Part shown: positions 48,492 through 62,196 of the stretch, piece by piece
How positions within the stretch are numbered: the stretch's first letter is position 1
How the letters are laid out: every line of letters starts with the position of its first letter
Assembly (NCBI GenBank): GCA_963674945.2
Contig: CAXXWQ010000004.1
Span: 1,792,001-1,856,000 of the forward strand
Source of the DNA: an uncultured Desulfosarcina sp.
GTDB taxonomy: Bacteria; Desulfobacterota; Desulfobacteria; Desulfobacterales; Desulfosarcinaceae
Length of the DNA: 64,000 nt
Direction of reading: 5' to 3'
The notes under the pieces: generated by a model
Told to the model about the DNA's origin: nothing
Database searches by the model: none
The model's input: the letters and a program-made list of their open reading frames with translations, nothing else
Translations under genes and position numbers: made by a program

Positions 48492-48778
48492 TTGTTCAAA
48501 CTCCCGTCAAATGGTCATTTTGCCTGGGTGACACAAACGTAGCGGTTAAAAAGGGTGTAACGCAATTAGAGGACATAGTCAACGACCACCCGCATAGCGT
48601 CCGGCCATCATTCGGGTGTCCCAAAGCATGGTAATGCTGTATCGTTCGGGTTGGTTCCGGAAGCAAAGCACCTATTTTGAAAACAAACGATCCATCACTG
48701 CCGAGAGAATATCAAGGGAATCCAAGGGAATCATCAAATTCGAATCTGTTACAACCATTGTTGCGCGTGCCTTCCGCT

Positions 48779-48814
48779 AAAAAAAGGCCCCTACCACATA
48801 GACGTGGAGGGGCC
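48779..48814 (-). terminator. intrinsic terminator of the alpha operon
   Basis: GGCCCCT stem followed by T7 on the minus strand. Confidence 0.8.
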
Positions 48815-48839
48815 AGAAAGATGACAAGACACTGTTATT

Positions 48840-49523
48840 TTATTCTTTTTTAGTTTCTTCGTCTTCCGACGCGGATGTTTCATCCGATTCGGCTGTGTCC
48901 CCACTTTCGGTTTCCGCTGCGGTGACGGCTTCCGTGTCCGCTGCCGCCTCCACGGACTCATGCTCATCACCCGCTGCAGCTTCCGCGGATTGCGCATCAT
49001 CATCACGTTGCGCTTCGACAGCCGCATCCTCATCTGCTTCCGCCTGTACCGGTTCGGCTGGCGTCTCCGTCTCGGCAGTCACATCCGGGGCTGGTGTTGT
49101 TTCGGCATCGGGCTGCTTGGTTTTTTCGACAGATGGTTTTGCCTTTTTCCTGGTCTTTTTCTCTTCTTCGGATCCGATGAGTTCGATCAGGGTCAGCGCT
49201 GCGGCGTCACCGGAACGGTGCCCGATTCGTATGATTCGCGTGTATCCACCGTTTCTGGAACCGAATCGCTCGGGCGCCTCATCGAAAATCTTGTGAACGA
49301 CATCTTTTTCACGAACGATGGACATGGCCATGCGTCTGGCGTGCAGGTCGCCTCTTTTGGCCAGTGTAATGATGTGGTCGGCCCAACGACGCAGCTCTTT
49401 GGCTTTGGCTTCAGTTGTCTTAATGCGGTCGTGTTTGAGCAAGGAGGTAACCATGTTCCTGAACATCGCCTGCCTGTGGCTCGTCGTCCGATTGAGTTTG
49501 ACACCGCTTTTTCTATGTCTCAT
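48840..49523 (-). CDS. rplQ: 50S ribosomal protein L17 with acidic extension
   Basis: [28 protein letters not shown]. Confidence 0.97.
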   Translation of the reverse strand: MRHRKSGVKLNRTTSHRQAMFRNMVTSLLKHDRIKTTEAKAKELRRWADHIITLAKRGDLHARRMAMSIVREKDVVHKIFDEAPERFGSRNGGYTRIIRIGHRSGDAAALTLIELIGSEEEKKTRKKAKPSVEKTKQPDAETTPAPDVTAETETPAEPVQAEADEDAAVEAQRDDDAQSAEAAAGDEHESVEAAADTEAVTAAETESGDTAESDETSASEDEETKKE

Positions 49524-49530
49524 TGAACGT

Positions 49531-50550
49531 TTACTCCCCTTCTTCGACTATTTCTTCAGGTGGAATGAAGTTTTCGAGCTTCATTCCCAACGAGAGACCC
49601 ATCTCTGACAAGACTTCCTTGATTTCGTTCAATGATTTTCGGCCGAAATTTTTGGTCTTGAGCATCTCGTTTTCGGTTTTCTGAACAAGCTGATAAATTT
49701 TCAAAATCTCGGCATTCTTGAGGCAATTGGCACTTCGAACCGAAAGTTCCAACTCTTCAACGCTTCGATAGAGATTGTCGTTAATTGCCGGTTTTTCGGT
49801 TTCGTCTTCGCTTCGGTCCAATTGGGGTTCGGCGTCTTCATCGAAATTGATGAAAATGCTCAACTGCTCTTTCAGAATCTTCGAGCTATAAGCAACGGCA
49901 TCTTCGGGAGCCACGCTTCCGTCCGTCCAGACCTCGAGCGTCAATTTGTCGTAATCCGTGCGTTGCCCCACACGCGCGTTACCAACCACATAATTCACAC
50001 GCCGAATGGGAGAGAAAACAGCGTCGATGGGAATGGTCCCAACGGGTGCGTCTTCATCCTTGTTCGCCTCGGCCAGTGCGTATCCCTTGCCTACTTTGAC
50101 AACCATGGTCATTTTCAGGCTGCCGTCACTGGTAAGCGTCGCAATATGATGGTCCGGGTTCAAGACTTCCACATGCCCATCTTCGCTCACGATGTCCCCG
50201 GCCTTCACGTCTCCCTCACCGGAAGTGTCGACGTGGATGGTTCTCGGAGTGGCATCATCCATCTTCAGACGAACCTCCTTGAGGTTTAAAATGATCTCGG
50301 AGACGTCTTCGATGACACCGGGAATAACACTGAACTCATGTTCTACGGATTCGAAACGCACGGAAACGATCGCAGCACCGTATAAAGAAGAAAGAATGGT
50401 TCTTCTCAATGAGTTTCCCAATGTTGTCCCGAACCCTCTTTCCAAAGGTTCGCATACGAACTTTCCATATTCATCGGTACTGCTGACATGAACCTTGTCG
50501 GATTTGATCATGTCACGCCAGTTCATGTACATAAGTTCGTTATTAACCAT
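49531..50550 (-). CDS. rpoA: RNA polymerase alpha subunit
   Basis: [27 protein letters not shown]. Confidence 0.98.
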   Translation of the reverse strand: MVNNELMYMNWRDMIKSDKVHVSSTDEYGKFVCEPLERGFGTTLGNSLRRTILSSLYGAAIVSVRFESVEHEFSVIPGVIEDVSEIILNLKEVRLKMDDATPRTIHVDTSGEGDVKAGDIVSEDGHVEVLNPDHHIATLTSDGSLKMTMVVKVGKGYALAEANKDEDAPVGTIPIDAVFSPIRRVNYVVGNARVGQRTDYDKLTLEVWTDGSVAPEDAVAYSSKILKEQLSIFINFDEDAEPQLDRSEDETEKPAINDNLYRSVEELELSVRSANCLKNAEILKIYQLVQKTENEMLKTKNFGRKSLNEIKEVLSEMGLSLGMKLENFIPPEEIVEEGE

Positions 50551-50631
50551 TACATTTTCTCCATAAAGGCTAAAGAATCGATGCAGAGTTTCTCTTCAAC
50601 GATAGATTGGTTCAGATGTGAGCCATTTGCC

Positions 50632-51261
50632 TTATTTCGAGTAGAGTTCGACAATCAATTGTTCCTGCATGGGTAGTGTAAGGTCTTCGCGAACGGGGAA
50701 GCTTTTGATTTCGCCCTTGAAATTCTCTTTTTCGACGGTAATCCACTGGGGCATGCCTCTTCGTACCACTGCATCCAAGGAGTCTACGATGGCTTGCACT
50801 TTTCGGCTCTTTTCTGCAACTTCCACGGTGTCACCGATTTTCACCAGAAAAGAAGGAATATTGACACGCTCTCCATTGACGAGAAAGTGATTGTGCCTGA
50901 CAAAATGGCGTCCCTGGGTTCTGGAGTTGGCAAATCCAAGGCGGTATACGACATTGTCAAGACGGCGCTCCAGAAGAACCAAGAGGTTCGTACCGGTGAT
51001 TCCCTTTTGCCGGTCGGCCTTGTTAAAGAACAGCCGGAACTGTTTTTCAGACAGACCGTAGGTGTTTTTCACCTTCTGCTTTTCACGGAGCTGAATCCCG
51101 TAATCGGAAGGTTTTCCTCTCCGCCGTTGACCGTGTTGACCGGGAGCGTATCCCCTCCGGTCGAAGGCACATTTATCGGAGTAGCAGCGGTCTCCTTTTA
51201 GGAACAATTTCATATTTTCACGTCTGCAAATCCTACAGACGGATCCTCTGTATCGTGCCAA
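50632..51261 (-). CDS. rpsD: 30S ribosomal protein S4
   Basis: [20 protein letters not shown]. Confidence 0.98.
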   Translation of the reverse strand: MARYRGSVCRICRRENMKLFLKGDRCYSDKCAFDRRGYAPGQHGQRRRGKPSDYGIQLREKQKVKNTYGLSEKQFRLFFNKADRQKGITGTNLLVLLERRLDNVVYRLGFANSRTQGRHFVRHNHFLVNGERVNIPSFLVKIGDTVEVAEKSRKVQAIVDSLDAVVRRGMPQWITVEKENFKGEIKSFPVREDLTLPMQEQLIVELYSK

Positions 51262-51336
51262 TATCGTCCTCCTTTACCATCAGACCGGCAGATGGTGCAG
51301 ATTGGTTCTTGTATATAACATCGACGGATTCTTTGT

Positions 51337-51723
51337 TCATACCCGCCTTCGTTTCGGGGGTCTGCATCCGTTGTGGGGGATAGGCGTCACATCCTTGATC
51401 ATGGAGATGGTGAAACCAGCAGCCTGAAGCGCGCGAAGGGCGGATTCCCTCCCGGAGCCGGGCCCCTTCACGAAGACCTCCACCGTCCTCATCCCGTGTT
51501 CCATGGCTTTCTTCGCAGCATCCTCGGCAGTCAACTGTGCAGCAAACGGTGTGCTTTTTCGAGATCCTTTGAAGCCGTGGATACCGGAACTGGACCATGA
51601 AATAACGTTTCCCATTGCGTCGGTGATGGTGACAATCGTATTGTTGAACGTAGATTGAATGTGTACGACGCCACTGGAAATGTTCTTTTTTTCTTTCTTT
51701 TTCGTCTTGGTTTTTCTTGGCAT
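51337..51723 (-). CDS. rpsK: 30S ribosomal protein S11
   Basis: [22 protein letters not shown]. Confidence 0.98.
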   Translation of the reverse strand: MPRKTKTKKKEKKNISSGVVHIQSTFNNTIVTITDAMGNVISWSSSGIHGFKGSRKSTPFAAQLTAEDAAKKAMEHGMRTVEVFVKGPGSGRESALRALQAAGFTISMIKDVTPIPHNGCRPPKRRRV

Positions 51724-51747
51724 TTATTTCGTCCTGAAAAGTATGGA

Positions 51748-52116
51748 TTACTTTTTCTTCTTGATGGCGGATCGTTTCGGTCCTTTTCGGGTACGGGCGT
51801 TTGTGCTGGTCCGTTGGCCATGGACCGGCAAAGATCGCCTGTGACGGAGGCCACGATAGCAACCAAGATCCATGAGCCGTTTGATATTCATGGACACTTC
51901 GGTTCGAAGCTCACCTTCTACCTTGTATTCACCATCGATCACCTTGCGAATACTGTTGATTTCAGCCTCGGAAAGATCGTCCGTGTTGGTGTTCGGATCA
52001 ATATTCAGCTTGCCAAGGATTTTATTGGAAGTGGTTCGTCCGATACCGTAGATATAGGTCAGACCGATTTCTATCCGTTTACGCCTAGGTAAGTCTACAC
52101 CTGCGATTCTTGCCAA
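51748..52116 (-). CDS. rpsM: 30S ribosomal protein S13
   Basis: [17 protein letters not shown]. Confidence 0.98.
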   Translation of the reverse strand: MARIAGVDLPRRKRIEIGLTYIYGIGRTTSNKILGKLNIDPNTNTDDLSEAEINSIRKVIDGEYKVEGELRTEVSMNIKRLMDLGCYRGLRHRRSLPVHGQRTSTNARTRKGPKRSAIKKKK

Positions 52117-52129
52117 AGTTCAACCTCCT

Positions 52130-52243
52130 CTACCCTTGCCTTTGTTTGTGTCGTTTGTTTTCACAGATTACACGAACGGTACCTCTGCGTTTGATGATTT
52201 TGCATTTGCTGCAAATTTTCTTAACGGATGCTCTGACCTTCAT
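52130..52243 (-). CDS. rpmJ: 50S ribosomal protein L36 (not in ORF track)
   Basis: [37 protein letters not shown]. Confidence 0.97.
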   Translation of the reverse strand: MKVRASVKKICSKCKIIKRRGTVRVICENKRHKQRQG

Positions 52244-52291
52244 TTTCTACTCCTTGTTGCCGCACAAAATGATGAACGCAATGTATTGGCA

Positions 52292-52510
52292 CTATTTTGA
52301 GCGATAAGTGATACGTCCCCGTGTCAGGTCGTAGGGTGATAACTCCACCGTGACCGTATCACCGGGTAAAATTTTAATAAAATGCATTCTCATTTTTCCG
52401 GAGATATGCGCAAGGACCTGGTGCTTGTTTTCCAGTTCAACCTTAAACATGGCGTTCGGCAACGTCTCCAAAACGACGCCTTCTACTTTGATTGCCTCTT
52501 CCTTGGGCAT
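52292..52510 (-). CDS. infA: translation initiation factor IF-1
   Basis: [19 protein letters not shown]. Confidence 0.98.
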   Translation of the reverse strand: MPKEEAIKVEGVVLETLPNAMFKVELENKHQVLAHISGKMRMHFIKILPGDTVTVELSPYDLTRGRITYRSK

Positions 52511-52582
52511 TTACTTCTCCTGCTCGAAAGTTTATGTATTCTCCAATGGGTGCTTCAGATTTCTTTCGTCCGTTTGTGGTCA

Positions 52583-53893
<1,311 letters not shown>

Positions 53894-53895
53894 TT

Positions 53896-54336
53896 TCAGA
53901 TGACCTCTATCTTTCCGCCAGCGGCTTCGATCTTCTGTTTCGCGCTCTCACTGGCTTTATTGACGCGTACCGTTACCGGGATCGAAACCTCGCCCTGGCC
54001 GAGGATCTTGATTCCGTCCCGCTCGCCTTTCACCAGCCCGGTCTTTATCAGTGCAACTTCGTCTACGACCGCCTCGGCTTCGAAACAATTGAGATCCTTG
54101 ACATTAACAATCGCAAAAATCTTCCGGAACCTGTTTTTAAAACCTCGCTTGGGAAGCCTGCGATGGATGGGCATCTGACCACCCTCAAAACCGGGACGAA
54201 CGCCTCCGCCGGACCGGGCATTGTGACCTTTGTTTCCGCGCCCGGCCGTTTTTCCCCATCCAGAGGCAACCCCCCGGCCGACACGCTTTCTTTTTTTTCG
54301 ATGGCCCTGTTCCGGTGCCAATTCGTTAAGTCTCAT
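53896..54336 (-). CDS. rplO: 50S ribosomal protein L15
   Basis: [17 protein letters not shown]. Confidence 0.98.
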   Translation of the reverse strand: MRLNELAPEQGHRKKRKRVGRGVASGWGKTAGRGNKGHNARSGGGVRPGFEGGQMPIHRRLPKRGFKNRFRKIFAIVNVKDLNCFEAEAVVDEVALIKTGLVKGERDGIKILGQGEVSIPVTVRVNKASESAKQKIEAAGGKIEVI

Positions 54337-54339
54337 CGA

Positions 54340-54522
54340 TCATTTCTCCTCGAATGCAACCAGATGGGATACCTTTGCAACCATTCCCCTGGTGGACGGA
54401 GTGTCTTTCATTTCGACAGTACGATTCATTTTGGTCAGGCCCATTGCCCGAAGCACCTTGCGATGTTTCTCCGGCCGACCAATCATGCTCTTGATCAATT
54501 TTACCTTCAACGTTCCACTCAT
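54340..54522 (-). CDS. rpmD: 50S ribosomal protein L30
   Basis: Sequence and synteny. Confidence 0.96.
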   Translation of the reverse strand: MSGTLKVKLIKSMIGRPEKHRKVLRAMGLTKMNRTVEMKDTPSTRGMVAKVSHLVAFEEK

Positions 54523-54528
54523 CGTTTC

Positions 54529-55032
54529 TTATCCTTGTTGCAGATCCTGGACGGAAATTCCACGCCTGGCGGCAACGGATTCGACACTTTCAAGCTGTTT
54601 GAGTCCATCGATGGTTGCCTTCACGACATTGTGGGGATTGTTGGTGCCCATGCATTTGGTCAAAATGTTTTGTACCCCTACGGCCTCGAGAACGGCACGA
54701 ACCGCACCCCCTGCAATGACGCCGGTTCCTTCGGAAGCAGGTTTTAACATCACACGACCGGCACCATATTTTCCAATCACCTTGTAGGGAAGGGTTCCTT
54801 CCGTCAAAGGAACCTTGACCATGGTCTTTTTTGCTTTCTCCACACCCTTGCGAATGGCTTCCGGTACTTCTCCGGCCTTTCCGAGTCCGTAACCGACGCT
54901 GCCTTCGCCATCACCAACGACGACGATGGCGCTGAAGCTGAAGCGCCTACCCCCCTTGACCACCTTTGCTACACGGCTGATATGGACGACCTTATCGATC
55001 AGTTGGTTCTCTTCTGTATCTTGCTTGTACAA
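54529..55032 (-). CDS. rpsE: 30S ribosomal protein S5
   Basis: [14 protein letters not shown]. Confidence 0.98.
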   Translation of the reverse strand: MYKQDTEENQLIDKVVHISRVAKVVKGGRRFSFSAIVVVGDGEGSVGYGLGKAGEVPEAIRKGVEKAKKTMVKVPLTEGTLPYKVIGKYGAGRVMLKPASEGTGVIAGGAVRAVLEAVGVQNILTKCMGTNNPHNVVKATIDGLKQLESVESVAARRGISVQDLQQG

Positions 55033-55059
55033 GGGGCTACCTCCTTACTTACATAAAAA

Positions 55060-55428
55060 CTAGAAATCCAGGCCCGCCTCACGGGCCCCATCGGATAAGG
55101 CTTTGATACGTCCATGGTATAAGAATCCGTTGCGGTCAAAGACAACCTTTTTTACACCTTTGTCCATGGCACGCTGGGCGAGCAGCTTTCCGGTGAATTG
55201 AGCCTTGGCAACCTTGCTTTCGAAGGGCGGCTGTTCCTTCACTGCTTTTTCGTTGCTGCATGCGGCCACGATCGTTCTTCCCGTCGTATCATCGATAATC
55301 TGACCATAGATATGCTTGGCGCTCCGGTATACGGAAAGCCGGGGTCTTTCGGCCGTACTGACAATCTTTTTTCGGACGCGTCTTTTTCGTTTCAACCAGA
55401 TAATTTTCTTTTCGTTGCGAAAACTCAT
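55060..55428 (-). CDS. rplR: 50S ribosomal protein L18
   Basis: RPRLSVYRS, VFDRNGFLYHGR. Confidence 0.98.
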   Translation of the reverse strand: MSFRNEKKIIWLKRKRRVRKKIVSTAERPRLSVYRSAKHIYGQIIDDTTGRTIVAACSNEKAVKEQPPFESKVAKAQFTGKLLAQRAMDKGVKKVVFDRNGFLYHGRIKALSDGAREAGLDF

Positions 55429-55495
55429 TTTCCAGTCCTTTGCCTGCGTTGGTTAAGCGGCCGGCAGCGTTTGAAATCTTTAAATCTAACGTTCA

Positions 55496-56035
55496 TTATT
55501 TGGTGCCGGTTTTACCGGCTTTACGCTGAATGTGCTCTTCGGCGTATTTTATCCCTTTCCCCTTGTAAGGCTCAGGGGGCCTGAGTTTTCGAAGGGAAGC
55601 GGCGGTCTCTCCCAGCTTTTCCTTGTCGATCCCGCTGAGTTTGATCACATTGTTCTTATCCACCGTTGCCTCGATACCGTCCGGAAGCGGAAAGTCGATG
55701 GGATGGGAATATCCGAGATTCAGAAGGATCGATTTTCCCTTCATTTCAGCTCTGTACCCGATGCCATTGATCTCCAGGGTCCGATCGAATCCATTGCTGA
55801 CACCGACGACCATATTCGAAACGAGACTTCTCGTGAGTCCTTGAAGGGATCTGGATTTTCGATCCTGATTTTCGATGACCACGGAAATTTCGTTATCCTT
55901 GATGGAAAGATCCACCGAAGAGTGTATGGTTCGACGCAAGGTTCCCTTCTGTCCCTTGACCACCAGCTCTCGATTCTTGTAATCGACGCTGATCTTTTCG
56001 GGAATGACGATCACTTTTTTGCCTACACGAGACAT
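55496..56035 (-). CDS. rplF: 50S ribosomal protein L6
   Basis: RPPEPYKGKGIKY. Confidence 0.98.
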   Translation of the reverse strand: MSRVGKKVIVIPEKISVDYKNRELVVKGQKGTLRRTIHSSVDLSIKDNEISVVIENQDRKSRSLQGLTRSLVSNMVVGVSNGFDRTLEINGIGYRAEMKGKSILLNLGYSHPIDFPLPDGIEATVDKNNVIKLSGIDKEKLGETAASLRKLRPPEPYKGKGIKYAEEHIQRKAGKTGTK

Positions 56036-56119
56036 TTATCACACCTCATTATTCCAAAATTACCAACGATCAGAAGACTCTCCTGATTCGCGAAGACGGT
56101 TCACCGCGTGTTCATTTTA

Positions 56120-56512
56120 TTACCAAACCGTGCAAAGTATCTCGCCACCGATGTTTTTTTCCCTCGCCGCATTGTCCGTCATCACCCCCTTGGAGGTGGA
56201 CATGATGGCAATGCCCAAACCGTTATATACGGGCATAACGGATTTTGCATCGAGATAGGTTCGGCGACTGGGTTTGCTCACCCGTTCGATGCGAAGAATG
56301 GTATGGTCTTGGGTTCCGGTGTATTTAAGGTAGACACGAAGGATGCCCTGCCTTCCATCTTTCATAAATTTATAATTTCGAATGTAGCCGGTTTCCTTAA
56401 GAACCCTGGCGATCTCAGTCTTGATATTCGATCCGGGAATGTCCACACTGTTGTGTTTGGCCTTCCCGGCGTTTCTGATTCGGGTTAACATGTCGGCAAT
56501 CGGATCGCTCAT
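56120..56512 (-). CDS. rpsH: 30S ribosomal protein S8
   Basis: [13 protein letters not shown]. Confidence 0.98.
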   Translation of the reverse strand: MSDPIADMLTRIRNAGKAKHNSVDIPGSNIKTEIARVLKETGYIRNYKFMKDGRQGILRVYLKYTGTQDHTILRIERVSKPSRRTYLDAKSVMPVYNGLGIAIMSTSKGVMTDNAAREKNIGGEILCTVW

Positions 56513-56557
56513 CGCTATTTCCTACCCATAAGATGATAGTTATTCATAAATGTGTGG

Positions 56558-56743
56558 TTACCAACTGGACTTGACGACACCGGGAAGTCTTCCCCGGGAA
56601 GCCAGATTGCGAAAGCAGATTCGGCAAATGCCAAACTTTCGGATGAACCCCCGCGGTCTTCCGCAGATCGGACACCGGTTGTAGGCACGGACGCTGAATT
56701 TCGGTTTTCTTTTTGCCTTTTCTCTCAGTGATGTTTTCGCCAC
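56558..56743 (-). CDS. rpsN: 30S ribosomal protein S14 (zinc type)
   Basis: RCPICGR...CRICFR. Confidence 0.97.
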   Translation of the reverse strand: MAKTSLREKAKRKPKFSVRAYNRCPICGRPRGFIRKFGICRICFRNLASRGRLPGVVKSSW

Positions 56744-56772
56744 GTAATTCTCCTTGTAACCACAAGACGGTA

Positions 56773-57312
56773 TTAGTTCTTGAATGGCATCCCCATGAGC
56801 TTGAGAAGCACTTTTCCTTCTTCGTTGGTTTTTGCCGTCGTTACGATGCAGACGTTCAACCCTTTGATCTTGTCGATTTTGTCGTAATCGATCTCTGGGA
56901 ATATCAGCTGCTCCTTGATACCGAGGGAATAGTTTCCATGGCCATCGAAGGCTTTGCCGGAAATACCTCTGAAGTCACGAACACGGGGTAGTGCCACGTT
57001 GACCAACTTGTTGAGAAAGTCATACATCCGGCTTTTTCGCAAGGTGACCATGCACCCGATGGGCATTCCCGCACGCAATTTGAAAGCGGCGATGGATTTT
57101 TTGGCCCTGGTGACAACCGGTTGCTGGCCGGAAATTTGCCGGAGTTCTTCGACGGCCGAATCGATAATCTTAATGTTGTGGATGGCCTCTCCGAGTCCCA
57201 TGTTGATGATGACCTTTTCGATCTTGGGCACTTGCATGGGATTTTTATACTTGAAGGTTTCCTTCAGTTTCGGCACCACCGTCTCATCGTAGTGAGTTTT
57301 GAGCTGTGACAT
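56773..57312 (-). CDS. rplE: 50S ribosomal protein L5
   Basis: [17 protein letters not shown]. Confidence 0.98.
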   Translation of the reverse strand: MSQLKTHYDETVVPKLKETFKYKNPMQVPKIEKVIINMGLGEAIHNIKIIDSAVEELRQISGQQPVVTRAKKSIAAFKLRAGMPIGCMVTLRKSRMYDFLNKLVNVALPRVRDFRGISGKAFDGHGNYSLGIKEQLIFPEIDYDKIDKIKGLNVCIVTTAKTNEEGKVLLKLMGMPFKN

Positions 57313-57347
57313 CTTATTCCTCCGACCGCCTTATTCTTGCATCGGTC

Positions 57348-57677
57348 CTACGCATCAATGATTTCATTGCATTTTCTGCAGACACGAACTTTTTTTCCGT
57401 CTTCCAAGATTTTCATCTTCACCCGTACCGGTTCGATGCACTTGTTGCACATCAACATGACGTTGGACCAGTGAATATACGCCTCGCTCTCCAAAATGCC
57501 GCCTTGACGATTGCTCATGCTTGGTTTCGTATGCCGTTTTACGATGTTGATGTTCTCTACGATAAGACGGTTCTTCTTCGCATTTATCTTCAGGACCTTG
57601 CCGACCTTGCCCTTGTCTTTGCCGGCGATGACCTTCACTTTGTCATCTTTTTTGATCTCTATGGAATCTTTTACCAT
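57348..57677 (-). CDS. rplX: 50S ribosomal protein L24
   Basis: [17 protein letters not shown]; start at MVKD. Confidence 0.97.
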   Translation of the reverse strand: MVKDSIEIKKDDKVKVIAGKDKGKVGKVLKINAKKNRLIVENINIVKRHTKPSMSNRQGGILESEAYIHWSNVMLMCNKCIEPVRVKMKILEDGKKVRVCRKCNEIIDA

Positions 57678-57708
57678 TTCATTTTCTCCACGACCGCGAA
57701 CCTGACGG

Positions 57709-58077
57709 TTACAGCACCTCGGGTGCAAGGGAAACGATTTTCATGAATCGCTTGGCACGAAGCTCACGGGCAACCGGTCCAAAGATTCGCGTTCCCAGGG
57801 GTTCGCGCTGGTTGTTGATCAGTACGGCAGAGTTGTCATCAAAACGGATATATGAACCATCGGGTCGACGGATCTCCTTTTTGGTCCGGACCACGACGGC
57901 CCGCAAGACATCGCCTTTTTTTACCTTGGCATTGGGAATCGCCTCTTTGACCGTAACAACGATAATGTCTCCGATTCCCGCGTATCTTCTTTTGGAGCCA
58001 CCCAAGACCTTGATACAGTTCAGTGAGCGCGCGCCAGAATTATCCGCCACCGTTAATTTTGTTTCGGCCTGAATCAT
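57709..58077 (-). CDS. rplN: 50S ribosomal protein L14
   Basis: [19 protein letters not shown]. Confidence 0.98.
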   Translation of the reverse strand: MIQAETKLTVADNSGARSLNCIKVLGGSKRRYAGIGDIIVVTVKEAIPNAKVKKGDVLRAVVVRTKKEIRRPDGSYIRFDDNSAVLINNQREPLGTRIFGPVARELRAKRFMKIVSLAPEVL

Positions 58078-58095
58078 TTTTATCGTCCTTGTTCG

Positions 58096-58353
58096 CTATA
58101 CGGCTTTTTCGATAATGTCGGTGACACGCCACCGTTTGTGTTTGCTAATGGGCCGAGATTCGGTGATCAGCACCTTGTCTCCGATGCCACAGCTGTTTTC
58201 TTTATCATGGGCGGCAAATTTGTTTCGTCTTCGAATGTACTTTTTGTATAAGGGATGCTTCACCAGCCGTTCGACTTCTACGACGGCGGTTCTGTCCATC
58301 TTGTCGCTGACCACGGTTCCGATGAGTTGTCTTCTCATTCCTCGATTTTTCAT
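58096..58353 (-). CDS. rpsQ: 30S ribosomal protein S17
   Basis: [18 protein letters not shown]. Confidence 0.98.
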   Translation of the reverse strand: MKNRGMRRQLIGTVVSDKMDRTAVVEVERLVKHPLYKKYIRRRNKFAAHDKENSCGIGDKVLITESRPISKHKRWRVTDIIEKAV

Positions 58354-58362
58354 GACCGTATC

Positions 58363-58566
58363 TTAGTCTTCGTTTTGGGGTTTTGTTTTTTCGTTCAAAA
58401 TGGTTTTCAGCCTGGCGATCTCTTTCTTGGTCGTCCCGATCTTCCTGGGGTTCTCCAATTGCCCGATTTCATGCTGAAAACGAAGATTGAACAGGGATTC
58501 TTTCAGGTCGACGACCTTTTGCTGAATCTCATCGACACTGAGGTCTCTGACTTCACTCGCTTTCAT
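58363..58566 (-). CDS. rpmC: 50S ribosomal protein L29
   Basis: LFNLRFQ, IARLKT. Confidence 0.97.
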   Translation of the reverse strand: MKASEVRDLSVDEIQQKVVDLKESLFNLRFQHEIGQLENPRKIGTTKKEIARLKTILNEKTKPQNED

Positions 58567-58979
58567 TGTAAATCGCTCCTCTCCACGAACCGGGTCTTGA
58601 TGGGAAGCTTATGGGCTGCGAGGCGCAACGCCTCCCTGGCCATTTCCCGGCTGACGCCGGTCATCTCGTAAAGTATGCGACCGGGACGAATGACGGCGAC
58701 CCAGCCTTCGGGTGCGCCCTTGCCCTTACCCATACGAACTTCGGCGGGCTTCTTCGTATAGGGCTTGTCGGGAAACAATCGAATCCAGATCTTCCCGCCT
58801 CTTTTAACGTGTCGTGTCATGGCAATACGCGCTGCTTCAATCTGTTTGGAACTGATTTTGCCGCAATCGACGGCCTGAAGTCCGAACTCGCCGAAGTTCA
58901 GATTACTTCCCCTGTAGGCAGCACCTTTCATCCTGCCTTTTTGTTGCTTTCGAAATTTTACCTTCTTCGGGCTGAGCAT
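58563..58979 (-). CDS. rplP: 50S ribosomal protein L16
   Basis: [15 protein letters not shown]. Confidence 0.98.
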   Translation of the reverse strand: MLSPKKVKFRKQQKGRMKGAAYRGSNLNFGEFGLQAVDCGKISSKQIEAARIAMTRHVKRGGKIWIRLFPDKPYTKKPAEVRMGKGKGAPEGWVAVIRPGRILYEMTGVSREMAREALRLAAHKLPIKTRFVERSDLQ

Positions 58980-58997
58980 TTCCTGTCTCCCACAAGC

Positions 58998-59648
58998 CTA
59001 AGCGTTGATTTCGGCCGTATCCTTATTGAGAATTTCTCCATGGAACACGAATACCTTGATGCCGATAATACCATACGTCGTTCGCGCTTCGGTAATTCCA
59101 TAATCGATATCGGCCCTTAGCGTATGCAGGGGCACGCGCCCTTCCCGGTACCACTCCGTACGCGCCATCTCCGCACCGCCGAGACGACCCGAGCAGATGA
59201 TTTTCACCCCTTGGGCGCCAAACCGCATGGCCGACGAGACACCCCGTTTCATGGCCCTTCGAAAGGCGACACGACGTTCAATCTGCATTGCCACGTTCTC
59301 GGCTACCAACTGGGCATCCACCTCCGGCTTGCGAATCTCCTGAATGTCGATCAACACTTCCTGGCTGACGCGACCTTCGAGGGAATTTTTCAGTTTCTCA
59401 ATTTCAGAACCTTTTTTCCCAATGACGATTCCGGGACGAGCGGTGAAGATCCGAAGTCTAACCCTTCTGGTGGATCGTTCGATTTCTATTTTTGCGACGC
59501 CGGCGTGGTGCAACTTCTTCTTGATGAACTCGCGGATCTGATAGTCCTCAAAAATATAATCGGCATATTTTTTGCCGGCAAACCACCGGGATTCCCAGGT
59601 TTTAACGATTCCTAACCGTAACGATATAGGGTTGACTTTCTGGCCCAA
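58998..59648 (-). CDS. rpsC: 30S ribosomal protein S3
   Basis: [19 protein letters not shown]. Confidence 0.98.
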   Translation of the reverse strand: MGQKVNPISLRLGIVKTWESRWFAGKKYADYIFEDYQIREFIKKKLHHAGVAKIEIERSTRRVRLRIFTARPGIVIGKKGSEIEKLKNSLEGRVSQEVLIDIQEIRKPEVDAQLVAENVAMQIERRVAFRRAMKRGVSSAMRFGAQGVKIICSGRLGGAEMARTEWYREGRVPLHTLRADIDYGITEARTTYGIIGIKVFVFHGEILNKDTAEINA

Positions 59649-59664
59649 GCTGATTTCCTCCTTA

Positions 59665-60003
59665 TTATACCAAACTTTCGGCTAACACGACGGTGATATG
59701 CGCGGTTCTTTTGATGATGCGCGCCCCTCTTCCCCTGGCCCTCGCCCGGAACCGTTTCATGGACGGCCCCTGATCGACGATAAGATTCCTGACAAACAGG
59801 TCGTCTACGTCAATACTCGTGTTCTGATCCGCATTGGCGACGGCGGAGCGAACGATCTTTTCGACGATCCCGGCAGATTTCTGCGGCATGAACTTGAGGG
59901 CGTTGATCGCTTCTTCCGCCGGTTTTCCTTTTATGGCATCGGCGATCATTCTGACCTTTTGCGGCGAAATCCGAACATATCGCTGTTTCGCTATGACCTC
60001 CAT
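59665..60003 (-). CDS. rplV: 50S ribosomal protein L22
   Basis: [14 protein letters not shown]. Confidence 0.98.
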   Translation of the reverse strand: MEVIAKQRYVRISPQKVRMIADAIKGKPAEEAINALKFMPQKSAGIVEKIVRSAVANADQNTSIDVDDLFVRNLIVDQGPSMKRFRARARGRGARIIKRTAHITVVLAESLV

Positions 60004-60020
60004 TTCGGGCCTTCCTTTTC

Positions 60021-60302
60021 TTATCTTTTAACTTTGGACTTTCTATCCGCTGCATGCCCGTAGTAGGTCCGCGTCGGAGAAAACTCACCCAGTTTGTGGC
60101 CGACCATGTTTTCCGTAACAAATACGGGAATAAACTTTCTACCGTTGTGAACGGCCAGGGTGATGCCGACCATTTCCGGTAAGATGGTCGACCTTCGGGA
60201 CCATGTCTTGATTACCTGGTTGCTGCGCGCCCCTTGCGCCGCTTCAACTTTTTTCAACAGTTTTTCTTCGACGAAAGGGCCCTTTTTTAACGAGCGTGGC
60301 AT
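60021..60302 (-). CDS. rpsS: 30S ribosomal protein S19
   Basis: [19 protein letters not shown]. Confidence 0.98.
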   Translation of the reverse strand: MPRSLKKGPFVEEKLLKKVEAAQGARSNQVIKTWSRRSTILPEMVGITLAVHNGRKFIPVFVTENMVGHKLGEFSPTRTYYGHAADRKSKVKR

Positions 60303-60353
60303 GTTGTCTCCTGCGATGAAATCCGTTTCGATCTTACTTTTAAAAAACCTTAA

Positions 60354-61181
60354 CTATTTGGTGCGCCGTTTGACGATGTATCGGTCCGTACGTTTGTTTT
60401 TCCGGGTCCGATACCCCTTGGTCGGGACCCCCCAGGGGGAACACGGGTGTCGACCACCCGAACTGCGGCCCTCACCACCACCCATTGGATGGTCCACCGG
60501 GTTCATGGCCACACCGCGGACCTTGGGACGACGTCCCTTCCAACGGTTTCTTCCCGCCTTGCCCAGGTGAACGTTTTCATGGGTGACGTTCCCCAGTTGC
60601 CCGATGGTCGCCTTGCATTTGAGCAGCACCATCCGTACCTCACCGGAGGGCAGCTTCACCAGGGCGTATCGATCTTCCTTTGCCATCAGCTGTGCAAATG
60701 TCCCGGCACTGCGAACGATCTGACCGCCTTTGCCCAGTCGCAATTCGATGTTGTGAATATGCGTACCCAGCGGAATGTTGGCCAGGGGCAGGGCGTTTCC
60801 CGGTTGAATGTCCGCTTCGGGTCCGGACATGACCGTATCGCCGACACTGAGTTTGAGCGGAGCGATGATGTACCGCTTTTCACCGTCGGCGTAGTGCAGA
60901 AGAGCGATTCGGGCAGATCGGTTGGGATCGTACTCGATGGCGGTGACGTTGGCCGGGATGCCGTCTTTGTCCCGTTTGAAATCGATGATCCGGTAGTACC
61001 GCTTGTGCCCGCCTCCCCTTCGGCGACTGGTCACCCTGCCGGTGGCGTTCCTGCCACCGCTCTTCTTGATGATCCGGACCAGGCTTTTTTCCGGTGTCGT
61101 CTTGGTAATTTCATCGAATTCGGCGTAGTTTTGAAAACGCCGTCCCGGGCTGGTGGGCTTTACCTTTTTGATTGCCATCAT
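60354..61181 (-). CDS. rplB: 50S ribosomal protein L2
   Basis: [22 protein letters not shown]. Confidence 0.98.
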   Translation of the reverse strand: MMAIKKVKPTSPGRRFQNYAEFDEITKTTPEKSLVRIIKKSGGRNATGRVTSRRRGGGHKRYYRIIDFKRDKDGIPANVTAIEYDPNRSARIALLHYADGEKRYIIAPLKLSVGDTVMSGPEADIQPGNALPLANIPLGTHIHNIELRLGKGGQIVRSAGTFAQLMAKEDRYALVKLPSGEVRMVLLKCKATIGQLGNVTHENVHLGKAGRNRWKGRRPKVRGVAMNPVDHPMGGGEGRSSGGRHPCSPWGVPTKGYRTRKNKRTDRYIVKRRTK

Positions 61182-61197
61182 CTAACTCCTAAACGTT

Positions 61198-61485
61198 CTA
61201 TACACCTTCAAAAAAATCGATCCGTTCACCGGGCATCAGGGTCACGATGGCCTTTTTCCAGTCCTTGCGCTTGCCCAGAATTCGACCCCGCCGTTTCACC
61301 TTTCCCTTGACCTGTACCGTACGCGTCTTTAAGACCTTCACCTTGAAAATCGTTTCGATGGCCCGAGCGATTTCGACACGGTTTGCACGTTTGTCGACTT
61401 CGAAGGAGATCTGGTTGAAATCCTCTTTCTGAATGCTGGTCTTCTCCGTGATGACGGGTCGTTTGATAATGTCGTAAGGAGTCAT
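61198..61485 (-). CDS. rplW: 50S ribosomal protein L23
   Basis: [14 protein letters not shown]. Confidence 0.98.
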   Translation of the reverse strand: MTPYDIIKRPVITEKTSIQKEDFNQISFEVDKRANRVEIARAIETIFKVKVLKTRTVQVKGKVKRRGRILGKRKDWKKAIVTLMPGERIDFFEGV

Positions 61486-62105
61486 CAGCGTAACCTCCCC
61501 TCTATTCCTTCGATGGCTGGCTGAAGAAGGATCAGCTTGGGATATTTCAGGATGTCCAAGACATTGATGCCCTGGGTCGGCAGGACCTTTACACCGGGGA
61601 TATTCCGGGAAGAAAGTTCCAGTCGTTCGTCCTTCTCTCCTGTTACGATCAATGCGCGCTGCGCATCTATCTTTTCGATAATGTCCGCGAACACCTTTGT
61701 CTTGATCTCGTCCAATGCGATTTTGTCGACGACGATCAATTCCTGATTTTGAACCTTGCTGCTCAAAGCCATCTTCAGGGCCAATTTGCGAACCTTTTTC
61801 AACACTTTTTTCGTATAATCCCTTGGACTGGGGCCGAAAATAACGCCGCCACCGCGAAGAAGCGGAGACTTGATATCCCCTTTTCTCGCCCTGCCCGTAC
61901 CTTTTTGCCGGTACAACTTGTGGCGGCTTCCCTTGACATCGGACCGACGTTTGACCGCTGCCGTTCCGGCCCGACTCGCGGCCATTTGTGCAGTGACGAC
62001 CTGGTGCAGGACGCTCTTTTTTACCGGTACATTGAAGATCGCGTCATTGAGATCCGCCTGCGATACGACCTCACCCGTCACGTTGATTACATCGACAACA
62101 GCCAT
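61485..62105 (-). CDS. rplD: 50S ribosomal protein L4
   Basis: [17 protein letters not shown]. Confidence 0.98.
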   Translation of the reverse strand: MAVVDVINVTGEVVSQADLNDAIFNVPVKKSVLHQVVTAQMAASRAGTAAVKRRSDVKGSRHKLYRQKGTGRARKGDIKSPLLRGGGVIFGPSPRDYTKKVLKKVRKLALKMALSSKVQNQELIVVDKIALDEIKTKVFADIIEKIDAQRALIVTGEKDERLELSSRNIPGVKVLPTQGINVLDILKYPKLILLQPAIEGIEGRLR

Positions 62106-62196
62106 ATTGTTCCTCGTCCGCTGCGCACCCTTTGCCCAGGTCGTCTTACGAAAAACGGTTTCCCTGACAAAAAGGTGGCTTGAAGTTCCTGCGAAT

